Positions 12,888 through 27,030 of a DNA stretch of 64,000 nucleotides are shown piece by piece. The DNA comes from Octopus vulgaris (Eukaryota), in assembly GCA_951406725.2 (NCBI GenBank), contig OX597817.1, positions 5,642,001-5,706,000 of the forward strand, written 5' to 3'. The notes beneath the pieces are model-generated. The model saw only the letters and a program-made list of their open reading frames with translations, was not told the origin of the DNA and made no database searches. Both the position numbers and the translations under genes were made by a program. Position 1 is the first letter of the stretch, and every line of letters starts with the position of its first letter.

Positions 12888-13074
12888 TGTATGTATGTGT
12901 GTAGGCATAGAAAACACGTCTTTCTATACAAAAGTGAATGATTACTCGTGTATGCAGAACTTTGTTGTTGAAAATAGTCATTTCATGCATTCCACTGAAA
13001 ATGCGTGCTCCGTGCATTAATAGTGGGACTTCTAAGAATGAAATTACGGTTATTTTCGTATGTAATGATATATA

Positions 13075-13242
13075 CCGTATTTTAACGTGTATAAGGAAAC
13101 TCCTAATTTTGGGGGACTCAAAATTTGGAAAAAAGGTCTTGTAAGGTAAGGGATTATAATACTATCCACGTATAAGAAACTCCCATATTTTTTAAACCCA
13201 ATTTTTGACAAAAAAGGGTTCATTATACACGTTAAAATACGG
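13075..13242. mobile_element. Tc1/mariner-superfamily (Tc2/pogo-like) MITE
   Basis: Perfect 20-bp TIR CCGTATTTTAACGTGTATAA / TTATACACGTTAAAATACGG with TA on both sides. Confidence 0.88.
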
Positions 13243-13245
13243 TAT

Positions 13246-13330
<85 letters not shown>

Positions 13331-13899
13331 ACTGCGTAGAAACAATTGTAGTGATTGAAAATGAATGTCCAACCGTACACCTTCTCGTTGACTCTAAATT
13401 TTTTGAATTATATATATATATATCACATGTGCTTCCTTCCGCTACTTGATAAACTGTGTTGGTTTGTTTACGTCCTTGTAACTTCGCGGTTTGTATATGC
13501 GCGTATATAATTTGCTTTTCCGATTTTTTCTGATCTTGCATTACCTTGATTTTATGACCTGGGACTCTATTTAGTTTGGAAACAGAATGGTCATACAAAC
13601 TTGTACATTGACATATATCGGATATATACATTTTAAAGTTATTTAGCATTATTTCGGACTATTTAACTATAAGAACCTTTCATACAGCGGCTCCACCTCT
13701 ATTTAAACAACCACGTCATGTCGCTCACAATTTTTCAAACACTCACTCGCACGCACTCACACCCACACACAGACACATATGCATGAACATTCATATACAC
13801 GCACACTCTCACTCACACACACACGCTCTCACACAGACACTCATACACACTCTCACTCACACACACAAACTGGAATTTTAGCAAAATTTGCTTTCGCGA

Positions 13900-14100
13900 T
13901 ACCGTATGATAATTTCAAAATTGGACGACTCAAAACTACGATATTAATTCAATCGAAAACATTTGGGAACATCGTGGTAGAAAGTTGCGTGCAGGATTAT
14001 CGAAAATTTCATAAACAGCATTAATCGAAGTGTGGGTGAACATGGATCAAAATTTGTTGCTGATAATTTAATGAATTCCATGTGTAACCGATTGAAAGTC
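13900..14100 (+). pseudogene. Decayed Tc1-like transposase C-terminus
   Basis: Reads NWTTQNYDINSIENIW...ALIEVW...NLMNSMCNRLK, matching WPxQSPDLNPIENLW...SMPxR of DD34E transposases. Confidence 0.55.
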
Positions 14101-14249
14101 CTGATAGCTTAAGGATCATGTATAGATGACTTTGACAAAATTTTGTTCAGTTTGCATAATTTTTCTTGAAGATATTACACGCTAAATTAAAGTGGCATTT
14201 CATTTACTTGACTTGGAAGATTTTATATATATATATATATACACGCGTA

Positions 14250-14632
14250 GGCGTAGGAGTGACTGTGTGGTAAGTAGCTTGCTTACGAACCACATGGTTC
14301 CGGGTCAGACCCTCTGCACGATTCCTTGGGCAAGTGTCTTCTACTATAGCCTCGGGCCGACCAAATCCTTGTGAGTGGATTTGATAGACGGAAACTGAAA
14401 GAATCCCGTCGTATATATATATAATGTGTGTGTGTATGTCTATATTTGTCCTCCCAACATCGCTTGACAACCGATGCTTGTGTGTTTACGTCCCCGTAAC
14501 TTAGCGGTTCGACAAAAGAGATCGGTACAATAAGTACTAGGTTTACAAAGAATAAATCCTGAGGTCGATTTGCTCGACTAAAGGCGGTGCTCCAGCATGG
14601 CCACAGTCACATGACTGAAACAAGTCAAAGAG
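14250..14632 (+). mobile_element. SINE family C (tRNA-like head, internal microsatellite, AAAGAGT tail)
   Basis: Closely matches 35320-35734; A-box- and B-box-like head. Confidence 0.85.
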
Positions 14633-15051
14633 TATATATATATTGTAGCCTATAAAAATTCGTATATATGTATGTGTATGTGAATTCGTTTTGTAACTGT
14701 TGAACTCGAAGGCGATAATGCTATAAATGGATAAATGGCAGGATGATATTGAGTTTTAAAAAAGTCTTGGATAGAAAAGTCGACGTCTGCCAGTGGGACT
14801 CGAACCCGCAGACGTTCTACCATTAAACTAAAGCAATCCTTCAAACTCCTCTCTCTCTGATTTAGATGCTTTGTTTTTACCAGCGTCTTCATCTTCTCTT
14901 GTAGATGTCTAATAAGTTAATTCTTTCTGAACTGCCATCTTCGCGGCTTTAGAAACCTCCTATATCCCCCCACCCCCGATCTCTTCGTTACTCGGAAGTT
15001 CTCTTATTTTTTAAGCATTAAATTGCAAAGATATCTCTGTCTGTCTGTCTG

Positions 15052-15120
<69 letters not shown>

Positions 15121-16086
15121 TTAGAAAAGAATTCGCGTAATGAAACTAACCGACGACTTGCTGCGTGTAAAATCCCCGTTATCTTTTTTCGTGGTTTCCA
15201 TACTTGTGTTTTATCGAATTGAAGTTACGATTAATCTTAATCTATAATTACTTGTAGAGAAAAGTAAACAACTCTAATTAGAAAAAAAAGGGAAAAGGAA
15301 AAATTTGGTTGTCAAAGAATGTTCATAGTGTCGGAACTGTGTAAGGGTGCGCACACACTGAACGGTGAAGAAAATCATTTTGCAATCATTATGTTCTGGG
15401 ATCGATTCAACCTTGAAGCATCTTGCTGTAGTGTCTTTCACTCTAGCTTCGTGCGAATGCAAACTGTGGGAGTGAAATCAGAGAGATAGAAACTTTGAAG
15501 AAGCCTCTCAGATATATTATGCCTCAACTTCAAAAGTTCTGTGTTGTTACACAACGTACCTTACTAAATCTGACCTAGGATTTCATTAAAAGTAATTGTG
15601 TCTGTAAAATACACGGCATATCTGTCTATCTATGTATATATTTTTCTGCCAATCTGTCCGTCTAGATAGATAGATATGGAGAAAGAGATAATACATAAAC
15701 AGATATTATGTAGTTAAATGTACACCCATACGGTTAAAAGCTATTGAAATCTGGCAATGATCGCCAGAATACTAGGTGTTAATCAGCAAATGTTGGTTGG
15801 ATTTACTTGTCGCTATTTCATTATATTTTCCCGTTCATTCCTTCCTACTGCGTTTTTATCTTAGTGTGTGCATGCACGCACACAGACATACACAAACACA
15901 TACACACAAACTCACACCCACATACTTATAATTCTCATAAGGACTGTGATATCAGTCATAAGAATCACAATCTCATTTAATCGCTTGTCCAAATTGCATG
16001 CTGTATTTTATTTTTTCTAGCAATTCTAAATTGATTTCATTATCATTTATCTATGATAAATCTATATCGTTGTTTAGTATTTATTA

Positions 16087-16390
16087 TCACGTGATCACGT
16101 GACCGACCAGACCATCAAATGTTGCTACACATCGCTGGTCACAATGCGTTCGCATTGTTTTAGCCTTCGAACGACGCCACCCCGCTGGCTATGCGAGCAG
16201 GCCAACAGAAGAAAGAGTGAGAAAGAGTGGTGAATGAGTACAGCAGGGATCACCACTCTCTGCCGGAGCCTCGTGGAGCTTTTAGGTGTATTCGCTCAAT
16301 AAACACACACAACACCCGGAAATGGGAATCGAAATCGCAATCCTCCGACCGCGAGTCTGCTGCCCTAACCACTGGGCCATTGCACCTCCA
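16087..16390 (-). mobile_element. SINE family B, tail type 1
   Basis: Reverse complement of 24283-24583, including the CACGTGATCACGTGA end. Confidence 0.85.
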
Positions 16391-18702
16391 CAGTATTTAT
16401 TATACAGAGAGGAATTGCGTTAAACATGGCATGGGCTCCGGATGTAATGAAGTTTTATGTAGACTTTAGTACATTCCTAAGATTAAAACACACCAAGCAA
16501 ACAAACCTGTTCAAAACGTTCCTTCTTTTGACCATCGTTATTATAACTGGACCTTGTATGTAGAACTAAAATATAAGGCGCCTTTGAATTTTTGATATTG
16601 GTAGGTGATATTAAGGGAATGATCTCGTAATAGGTCAAGAGATACATAGAATTGCTCTCGTCGGCTCCCAGTATTGAGTGGGGTAGTATAGTATAAGAAT
16701 TAGAAATTGGTAAATCTGTTGCTATCCGTTATTTTTACTTGTACATGGGAAAGGTTGCACGACAAATGACTGGAATCCGAGTGAAACTTGGGCTGTTGAA
16801 GTCTTGGTTAGTAGAAGCGATCACCTAATATAGTGATCGATATGGTAGTTATTGTAGTGTATAGAATGTAAAGAGACCGTTTGAGGAATTGTTATTATAT
16901 GCTCGAACAGCATTCTGATAAGTAAATTATATATTTTAGGCGGAATGCATTTGACAGAAGTACACCACTGTTGTTTTGTTTGTGTGGGTGACTTTTGCTT
17001 ATCGAACCAACGATGGAATATATATGTCATATTGCAATGCTGTTGCAAACAGCAGCCATACTATAGCACATCTAGGGATACATTATCCAATATCAGGAAA
17101 ACATGGAAAAAAAAACTTTGCTCATGGATGGAAATCGATTTGTTCATAGGGTTGCTGGATCATTTGTGTACGGGCTAAATACGACAATCTCAATTATGTA
17201 TTGATACAAATACATTATAATCTGTACTGAACAACAGCTTGACGTATAACTTATATCTATTTTATCACAACAAAAACATCTATTTATCTCTTGATGGTAG
17301 TTTCAAGCTTATATAGTCTAATATGTGGAATGATATCTGACAAATCAATGAATTGAGAATGAAGTAAATTTGAAGTTATGAACCATTACAAAATAACTTG
17401 GAGACATGAGGACGGGTGTTGAAATCCCGTTACCAGCATGAAAATTTCAAGAAAAAGGGTCAGTTTTTATTCCCGTCCATCTTTTGAACAGGATAAGACG
17501 AGTTTGTGAAGCGATATCAATGGGGCAGATTATTGACATCCAAATAAATAAGTACTCTGACTTTCGAGCAAGCAATATACTGAAGCGCTTTCTTACTCTT
17601 CGTATAAAATAATAGTGTGGTCGCCAGAAGATTTATTACTTAACGTACCTGTAACTGAATTATCTGTGTCCTTCCCTATTTTTTCTTTGAAGGTGGTATG
17701 ACATGATTTATTTCCAGAAGGTCGTAAGTTTCTTCTTTTGCTGCGATGATGACTCAAAAAAAAAAAAGAGAAAAAAAAAGAAACAGCTTTTTGATGATGT
17801 CTATTGGCAATATTATTTATTCGTTTTATTCATTATTTTCCTTCAGACTAAATTTCAACATTTTGAGATACGTTTAAGCGATCAAACAAGATGGGGAAAA
17901 TAAAATAAAATAAAGAATTTATTAAAGATGAAAATTTCAAATTCTGAGACTTGCCATTCTTTTTATGTATGTGTTTCATAATGGGAGAGAAAATATGTAG
18001 CATAATAAAGTTTAATATAATAGCCTGGAAGGAAGAAAAAAAGGCCTTGTATGTTTTTTTTTTGTTGACTATCAATGGGTGATATGATACAGAATCATAT
18101 AGGTCATAGAAATGAAAATATTTAAGAATAAATATTCAGTCTACATCATGAAATATGCGAAGATCTTGTGTCTGTGTAGAAACCTGTTTGGTTATACCTG
18201 TAAAACATTATTCTTGCATCACACAGACAAAAATCTAACCATTAACTCTAATTTTCATCTTACTTCTATTTTCCTTTCACTGAAAGACGGGAATTTTGGA
18301 AGACTATGCAGAGGTGAGATGTTGTTAATAATCTTGTAATTGTTTACGAACTCTTAAGTTTCGTTCGTTATAGATGATTATTTGTTTTTCATTTAATACT
18401 CCTATATAAAACAAGAATCTGTTTCTAATCTTGTTTATATCAATCAGTGATGTGCGTCGTACCAAAGACGTGTGTAGCAATTGAACTAATGCATCTATGT
18501 GGCTCAAACTAAATAAAAGTATGAAATCATGAGTTCTCCTATATGCACAAGGCTATACGTTCATAAAAGAGCTGTATATTACTCTGCTAAATCAATACTT
18601 AATACATGATGGGTACTGATTTTATATCTCTCGGTTGAATTCAAAATTAGAACATAAATTATCGAAAGTAAATACTAAATGGTATTCAGACTGTGCGAGC
18701 TG

Positions 18703-18935
18703 AAGGCGGCGAGCTGGCAGAAACGTTAGCACGCCGGGCGAAATGCTTAGCGGTATTTCGTCTGCGTTACGTTGTGAGTTCAAATTCCGCCGAGGTCGAC
18801 TTTGCCTTTCATCCTTTCGGGGTCGATAAATTAAGTACCAGTTACGCACTGGGGTCGATGTAATCGACTTAATACCTATGTCTGTCCTTGTTTGTCCCCT
18901 CTGTGTTTAGCCTCTTGTGGGGTAATAAAGAAATA
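18703..18935 (+). mobile_element. SINE family A, young copy with 16-bp TSD
   Basis: GGTATTCAGACTGTGC at 18681-18696 and 18936-18951. Confidence 0.9.
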
Positions 18936-20055
18936 GGTATTCAGACTGTGCATTTATCGTTGATGCCACCTTAGAACTTTGAATGTAATCAACAAGGTTG
19001 GCGTTCGATCGGTTGGATGTAGCAGCCAAATCTCTCAGAATCACACTTTGCTGTCTGCAAAGGAAAAATATGTTGAAGTATGTAATCCAAGGTACAACGT
19101 GGTCTTAAGTGGAATTATTTTGATCATCGGTTTTAATACCTTGATGGTCAAGGAGTATGTGTGCAATAATGGTTATTGATCGTCAGTGTGAGAAGCAAGG
19201 GGAGTATTTTAACTTGATCTCAGTACTTGGCTTGCATATTACTTTTATTGAACCTAACATGAAAAACAAAAAAGTTACACTCGGTAAAATTTGAACCTGG
19301 ACCGTGACTAAACTAGACGTTGTTCGACTCATTCTCGAGTATACCTTTCGCTAAACTTTAAACGTATGCACTCGTAATCACTGTTGAAGCACGTTTCTGT
19401 TTTTCACAACAATTCATCGGTATCATGGCAACAAATTCAGTGAAACATCTGATAGCAGAATTCTAAGTGTGTATAAGAACCAAATGCTTGCCGTTATTTC
19501 TATTTTACAATTTTTCCTTTTCAAAAGAGAAGAGGAATAACAAAAAAAAAAAAAAAAACTTGGATGTTTTGTTGCTGTTATAGGCTTGAATTGATATATC
19601 AGAGTGAGAAAGTGGTAGTTTATATCGTCTTTTTAAAAGAGTTGTGAGAACTGTTTTGGGAGAATAAGTAGGAGCGAAAGATTTCTGCATTAGCCCAAGA
19701 TCGTTGAATCATTTACATAAAAATACCTATTAAGAAACAGATTGACTTGCCTTGTTTGTGAATATGAGAAAGGATCATGTATGTGAGAATGAATTTGTGG
19801 ACGCATTACAGTGTTTCAGAGCGAGTCAGCGAGTGTGCTTGTAAACAAAGTTGTATGAGTGAAAATGCTTATGTTTAAAGCTATAAGTGTGAAACTACGC
19901 GAGGACGTGTAAAAGTTGTTAACGATCACGTGGTTTAAGGTGATTGTAAGCGATGACGTTTAGTAATTTAATCTTCACTGAGTATATGCCATTGATAACC
20001 ACTTGGAAACATACGAAAGATGCATATGATTATGGATTTGCTGATTAATTAATTA

Positions 20056-20298
20056 ATTAATTAATTAATTGTCATACCTCTTTAGCATTTAAACCAGCTG
20101 TATTAGGCCCAACTATTCTACCCATTTTATGTTAAAACCAGCCAAATCTGTCCCCTCACTCCTACCCTACAATGTCAGTCTAAAAATAGGCAATCACGTC
20201 TTCAAAATCTTGAAGCTACGAGATGACATGAGATTAATTCAAAACAATGTGAATGAATAAGCTTTACATTTGACAAATTTGAATGGAAAAGGGTGAAA
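20056..20298. mobile_element. Degenerate piggyBac-like MITE
   Basis: Ends acctctttagcattt / aatggaaaagggtgaa resemble a TTAACCCTTTAGCATT-type TIR; recognition from memory. Confidence 0.35.
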
Positions 20299-20689
20299 AG
20301 CTTTACACACTCGGTAGTTTACAATTGCCACCTTTTAAAATCCTAAAAAATGATAAAATATAACTTAAATATTGCAATTTTAAGAGGTGTGCGTGAGTTT
20401 TTTTGGTGGGGAGTGTGCAAACGAGTTTTTTAAAAGAAAATATACCTAAAACAGATCTTATTTATTCATTTGAAGTTGAGCCCTCACTCTGTTACTACTC
20501 TTAGTTTTACATGCTTTGCGGCGGTCGGCGCTGCGTCTAATACGACACATGGTTGACAGTCGAATGAATGTAGATGTAATTGAGATATTTTACGTAAATG
20601 GGTACATTCCGGAAAGGGGCTGTCACGGGAGACGGAACGGTGAAGTGAACTGTTGAAATGTTGCAGAAGGCGAAAGTTTGATATTTATT

Positions 20690-20818
20690 TTATCGACCCC
20701 GAAAGGATAAAGCAACAAAATCGAGATCGACGAAATTTGAACTCAGAGTGTAAAGACAGACAAAATGACTCTAAGCATTTTGCCCGGCGTACTAGCGATG
20801 CTGCCAGTTCGTCGCCTT
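20690..20818 (-). mobile_element. Degenerate SINE family A
   Basis: tatcgaccccgaaagga...aatttgaactcaga...gcccggcgt. Confidence 0.7.
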
Positions 20819-21272
20819 AAAGATATCAAACTTTATTTGCAACAAAATAACAAATACTGTAGTATTAAAGACATATAAGAATTCAATGTTAGAAAAAAAA
20901 GCAAAAATTAAAACTTATATACATCATTTTAATTGGTAATGAAAGTTTAGATAAGGATGGACAGTTATCGTGCTGGTGAATGCTAATGAGCCGGAAAAAC
21001 GTCTCTAAGGCTGTCTCTTACCCTAGACAGTAAGCCTCTCATTTTACTTAATGGCATATTAACATTGGAGAATACTTGACTTTTGAGATTATCTTCTCCT
21101 CTCGAGTGGAGCTATTCTTAATTGCCATTTGGTAATTATGATACATCCTCTGGAGGTGGAGATAAATTCACTAAATCCATAATATTTGATATACATTTGT
21201 ATGTTCATGTTGTTCAAATACATACCGCTTTGCCATCAAGTTATTGCTCTATGCTCATATATATATATATAT

Positions 21273-21475
21273 ATTCAAAATGTGACCGCGTGTGTACCGT
21301 TGGCGATTTTTTCGTCCGTCTGCCCTTCTTTGGATCTTTCCTTTTCCTATGTTTCTGACGAAGAGCTCCGCTCGAAACGTTAAACCCTCCTTCTTTCCTG
21401 AGTGTCCAATAACACTATACTTCTTGTCCCACGTCCTCGCATTGTTGTTTTCTCTTTGTGTTTTCATGTTTGGAT

Positions 21476-21480
<5 letters not shown>
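21273..21480 (+). mobile_element. (TA)n-flanked short element carrying a minimal hammerhead ribozyme
   Basis: Sits between two (TA)n tracts; layout parallels family H. Confidence 0.65.
21351..21385 (+). ncRNA. Minimal type I hammerhead ribozyme
   Basis: GTTT-CTGACGA-A-GAGC tcc GCTC-GAAA-CG-TT-AAAC: intact core, extra A after A9, palindromic ACGT in place of stem III, GUU site. Confidence 0.7.
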
Positions 21481-21513
<33 letters not shown>

Positions 21514-22713
21514 CAGAGGTATTTGGACAAGATCTGAGACATATGATCTTTCAGTGGGGCCCAAAAGAACAATCAGAGTCGAAGAGATTATCCGTAAAAA
21601 AGTAAACAGTGAATAACCATTTGCCGGCTGAATTTGCTCAGCGCACTCATGTTAGTTATGTATAGCGTCAACAACCGTAATCCTGCTTGCTACTTCTGTG
21701 GTAAAGGAACAAGCTACTTTACAGTTCGAGTGATAACTAGCTTTGCTCTTGCTGAAACGTTGAGCAGTTTACTGAAAATATATATCGAATTTTTCCTTCT
21801 TTCTTTTTACCTCCTGTTCGTCTTATAAGAGAAAAAAAGCCTTGTATATACTTTCTGTATTTATCTCTCTCGCCCCCTCCTATTTGTTTGGTTCATTCAA
21901 TCTTCTTAAGGTTTCGTTCCTTAGAACAAAAACTAGTGAAAGGGAAAACGATGACTACAAAACAAAGCACATAAGCTTTGCTTGTCACATCCTTGAAATG
22001 TTTAACAGCAAAACTATAGTCTCCGTTAGCTTGTAAGTAAAATTAAAACTGACAAGTCTTCCTCTATCTTCAATTTTCTTTCTTCCAGGTTTTCCTTTGT
22101 TCTTTTTTTTTTTTTCTTAGTTTTGTACTTTGTTACGTGTTTATTTTCTCCGACAACGAGGTTTGGAAGTTGTTTCGCTCAGGGTTCTAGCAATGGATAT
22201 ACTTTTGTTCCTGTCCTCTTGTGTGGATTTAAAAGAGGTTAAAAAGAAAACAAAAACGAGAAACGAAAAAGATAAAATAAAATAGGTTGGAACTTAGTTG
22301 AAATTCCCACACGTGTTTCAAAAATGCGATTTTTTTCCTTCAGCTACAAAATATAAATTATTTCTATATATATTTTTTCTATACTGCTGTTTGGTCTTGT
22401 CTTGAGGGAAACTTAGTGTATGTTTAAGTGGGGGTGTATAAATACCAGTACACACGTATTTGTTTGCATATTTATATTTTGTCCTTAAGTTAGGATGGAA
22501 GGAGTTACTCATAACCTTTTTACAGAGCTTCTGCGCTTTGGAGTAAGGGAAAAGGTATTTGTAAACCTAAATCTAGCGTGAATAGTCGTAACATAGTGGA
22601 CTCTTGTAAATGCACTCTTGGTGCTTGGTGGTGGAGTAAAACAGGGTTACGGATTAAGTCAAATGCACGCATACATATGTATACGTGTTCTATATATATA
22701 GTGTGTGTGTATA

Positions 22714-23700
22714 TACGAGGTACGTTTTAAAAGTATCCGATCTTTTGGGCATAAAAAAGAGAATTTTTGTACTTTACACAAGTTTTATCTAATCATCTTC
22801 AAAATACATCCCTTGGGAGTTCACACACCTTTCCCAGCGGTTCTATCACTGTCGGTAACGCTTTCTGTGGAATGATATAGAGATCCGCCGTCGCTTTTAT
22901 CATAATTTCCTCTCGCGACTCAAATCGCATCTTTTTCAGCGTGGTTTTCAATTTGGAGAAGAGCCAGAAGTCGGCGGAGTAGGGAGTCTGTCGAACAAGC
23001 GGTATGTTGTTCTTGTCCAGAAAAGCTCAGATTATCTGAACGGAATGGACGGTACATTGTCAGGAAGTTGCCAATTTTTCGCCGCCCACATGTTCGGCCG
23101 CTTTCGACGCACAGCATCACGGACACGTATAACCTCTAGCTATTATTCCTTATTGACTGTTTGGCTTATTCATGATGCGTATTCATGATGCACAATCCAA
23201 CGGAAATCAAGAGACACAGGTCAACATTTCCTTCATATTGCTGCGAACCTGTTGTTCTTTTTGGGGTGTCTTGGCGATGACTGGTGTTTCCATTGGTAGG
23301 ACTGGCACTTCGTTTCCGGGTCGTGACCGTAAACCCATGTCTCATCACCAATGATGATGGTCTTCATGAAATCTGAGTCGTGATTTGCACAGTCTTGCAT
23401 GCCCTGAGCGATTTCCATGCGGTGTTGCTTCGGCTTCTCCGCCAGCACCTTGCGAGACTCTCCACATGCACATATCCTCCATTAACATGGAATATACTGA
23501 TCCTGTCTATATTCTCTCTTCATGGGCAAATTCTTGGATTGTTACAATACAATGACTATTCACCGAACGTTCTCAATCGGCTCCTCGTTGTAGCATTCCT
23601 TGATATGAGTTTTGTACATGGCATCATCGCCACAAGTCTGCTGAATCTTCTGGAAGGTTTGAGCTTGAGTATCACCAAAATTTTGTCATGTCAATGAATA
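22714..23700 (-). pseudogene. Decayed mariner (DD34D-type) transposon
   Basis: ORF 23233-23448 has IIIGDETWVYGHDPETK (first catalytic Asp motif); TA-CGAGG... TIR-like end at 22714. Confidence 0.85.
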
Positions 23701-24191
23701 TTGCGAGTAACTACTTTTTCGTAGTTGAAATAGAAATATGGAAGTGACTGGGTCACATATGCGTGACGAGAATTTTGACAATTAAAGAAATGAATATACG
23801 AGTATTTGTGTTTAAAATGATTTTACAACTTTGTAATTTCTGTGTGTGTGTATGTGTGTACACACATACACAATGATATCAACCAAAATTTCGAATGTCA
23901 TACACCGCTGGTCACAATGCGTTCCTACCATTGTTGTGGCTTTTGAATGATGATACCTTGTAGGGTAGGCGGATAAGCCAACGCACCTACTGAAAGAAAC
24001 GTCGGTACGTTGAGGGGTTTCCCATTTACAGACCTGTAAACTGAAATTACGCGACGTGAAATGAAGGGTTTTGCTCAAAAACATAACGCGCTTTTACATC
24101 TCCACACTCCCCCACACAATGTTTATTATTTTATATATGTTGGCCCCCTGCGGGCAATAAAATATTTTATATATATGTGTGTATTTATTTA

Positions 24192-24242
<51 letters not shown>

Positions 24243-24282
24243 ATATATATATATATATGTGTATGTGTGTGTGTGTGTGTGT

Positions 24283-24576
24283 GGAGGCGCAATGGCCCAG
24301 TGATTAGGGCAGCGGACTCGCGGTCATAGGATCGCGGTTTCGATTCCCAGACCGGGCGTTGTGTGTGTTTATTGAGCGAAAACACTTTAAAGCTCCACGA
24401 GGCTCCGGCAGGGGGTGGTGATCCCTGCTGTACTCATTCACCACTCTTTTTCTCACTCTTTCTTCTGTTGGCCTACTCGCTTAGCCAGCGGGGTGGCGTC
24501 ATTCGAAGGCTAAAACAATGCGAACGCATTGTGACCAGCGATGTGTAACATCTGATGGTCTGGTCGGTCACGTGAT

Positions 24577-24583
<7 letters not shown>
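24283..24583 (+). mobile_element. SINE family B, tail type 1
   Basis: tRNA-like head GGAGGCGCAATGGCCCAGTG...GGTTTCGATTCCC; inserted between (TG)n and (TA)n. Confidence 0.88.
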
Positions 24584-24622
<39 letters not shown>

Positions 24623-25619
24623 GTGCACTGTCATTTAATCAACTAGCTCCCAATTAATAAACAAAATTAATGCATATATAGCGTTTTTTTTTCTTAATCG
24701 CACGCATGCACGCATATTTATCTACACACAAACTGAAGCGCGGGTCGTGCTCAAGCGCGTGTGCTTTGTTATATATACATACATACACACGTCCAGTCTG
24801 GCGCGCTCACACACATATTCACTCACACAAAATGCCCATAGACTCGCACATTTCTCGACCTGTCTGTCTGTATGTTTTCATCTCATTATTTTTACCTTTC
24901 CCTCATACACACGCACATATCCAATAACTCAAAAAAACATACTGTGCTGTCATGTGATGTCTACTGCTCTGTCATCTGACCTTTGTCTGGACAGCTGTAT
25001 TATTTCCTAATCACGAGAACTTGAAGGTAGAAAACAGGTGCACTTTCCTCTGCAGGTATCGCTAGTAACTTTAATCACAGGTGCATTTGCTTATGCACCT
25101 TACACATGCTATCTTCTGTGCTCTTGTTTTATATATCCCACATATATATATGTGTGTATTTGTCATTTGCTTTATCATTTTTAATTCCTTTTAAATCTCA
25201 TTAAATAATACTATTTATAGGTTTAAGAAGCGTTTTAATTTTTGTCTATTAAGTTTTAAGCTGTGTTGGGGCCTAGTATAATAAGATAATCAGTGAGATA
25301 TGCATGTTCTATATGCATGAGTTAAATGTAAGATGAACTTTAAAGAAAAAAACCCATTAAAATTTTTATTTAATTAGAAATCACTTCGGTATATCTGTAT
25401 CCATCCGTACATAAGCTATAATACACACGCATCTCTCTCTTTCTCTGTCTCTCTCTTTCTCTGTCTCTCCCTCCCTCCCTCTCTCTCTGTCTCTCTCTCT
25501 ATCTCTCTCCCCCTCTCTTCCATGCACACAGGCAGCAAAGTAACTCACTGATGTGTGAGGTCAACTGACGACGGTCCGGCCGAGCAAAACTAAGAAATGC
25601 AATCTCAGTTTGCCTCGCG

Positions 25620-25650
<31 letters not shown>

Positions 25651-26094
25651 AATATATATACATACATACATACATATATTACCTCCTGAGTAAAATGTTG
25701 ATGTAATTATATAGATTCGCAAAAGTGTGTTGAATACACATCCAATAAACCTGTTATTTATGTATGCCACTTTTACTCGTATGTATACATTCATGCTCAA
25801 AATCATATACTACATATGTCTAGGTTTTATGGCATCATTAGCTTTCTCACGATTGAGAGCATTTCTATGGTTTGTTCTCCATAGTTTTTTTTTCACTAGC
25901 GTTTCTCCTTCAAATGGAATCTAGTGAGTTTCGAAGCAGTCTTAAATATTGAGTACTCGTCTTTCCGTCGGATATTTGCTCGGAATAGATCCTATAACTA
26001 GAACGATTTAGTTTGCATTACACACAACAAAGTGATAAGTTGTGGATTTAACCGATGAATTAAATCCGCTAATTATAGTCTCCAAATGATAATC

Positions 26095-27030
26095 TCTCCT
26101 ACTCTAGACGCAAGGCCCGACATTTTTGGCGAGGGATTCAGTCGATTAGATCGACCCCAGTACACAACCGGTACTTAATTTATCGACTCCGAAAGGATGA
26201 AAGGCAAAGTCGACCTCGGCGGAATGTAAGTCTCCAAATAATAATAATAATAATAATAATAATCCTTTCTACTTATAGGTTCAGCTATAATCCTTTCTAT
26301 TATACCGCTCAACTGGTACTTACTTCATCGATCCCGATAAGATGAAAGACTAAGTCGACATCGGTCGCATTTGAACTCAGAACATAAAGTCCGACGTGCT
26401 AACAATTCTTCAAGTTTATCACTTTATATAATAACAATGATTTCAAATTTTAGCACAAGGCCAGCAATTTCGATTACAGAAACCTTACTGCTCAACTGGT
26501 ATTTATTTTATCGACTCAGAAGGGATGAAGGACAAAGTCGGCCACTGCGAAATTTGAACTCAGAACGTAAAGATGGACGAAATGCTGCTAATAATGATTA
26601 TAATAATTCTACTATTGACAATACCTGGTATTTTGAGGGAGGTGAACAGTCAATTATATCGACCCCTTTACTTGACTGGCACCTTATTTCATCAAGCATG
26701 AAAGGATAAAAGGCAAAGTTGACCCCAGCGGGATTTGAACTCAGACACATAGAGCTGGAAAAAACGCCGCTTGGCATTTCGTCCGGCGTGCTAAGGGTTC
26801 TTCCAATTTGCAGCTTTTCTTTGTTGCTATAGGCAAAAGGTCTGGAATATGGGGGAGGGGCTAGTCGATAACATCGACCCCAGAACTGATACATTATTTT
26901 ATCGAACTCGGAAGAATAAAAGGTAAAGTCGACTTCGGCGGAATTTGAACCCAGATCGTAAAGAGCCGGAAAAAATATATAGCTAAACATCTAAGGCCGA
27001 CTCGCTAAAACTTCTACTAGCTCGCGGCTT
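26095..27030 (-). mobile_element. Cluster of degenerate SINE family A2 copies with AAT-rich spacers
   Basis: Repeated ctggtac...tcgac...ggatgaaagg...aagtcgac...tttgaactcaga blocks. Confidence 0.7.

Noticed and set aside
16900-17320. Possible piggyBac transposase remnant (EIDLFIGLL..)
   Set aside because: Only one short motif and no TIR/TTAA support.
24283-24355. tRNA gene (also at 50218, 51560, 35320 and 14790)
   Set aside because: tRNA-like A/B boxes run into repeated SINE bodies or are fragmentary; no complete cloverleaf with terminator.
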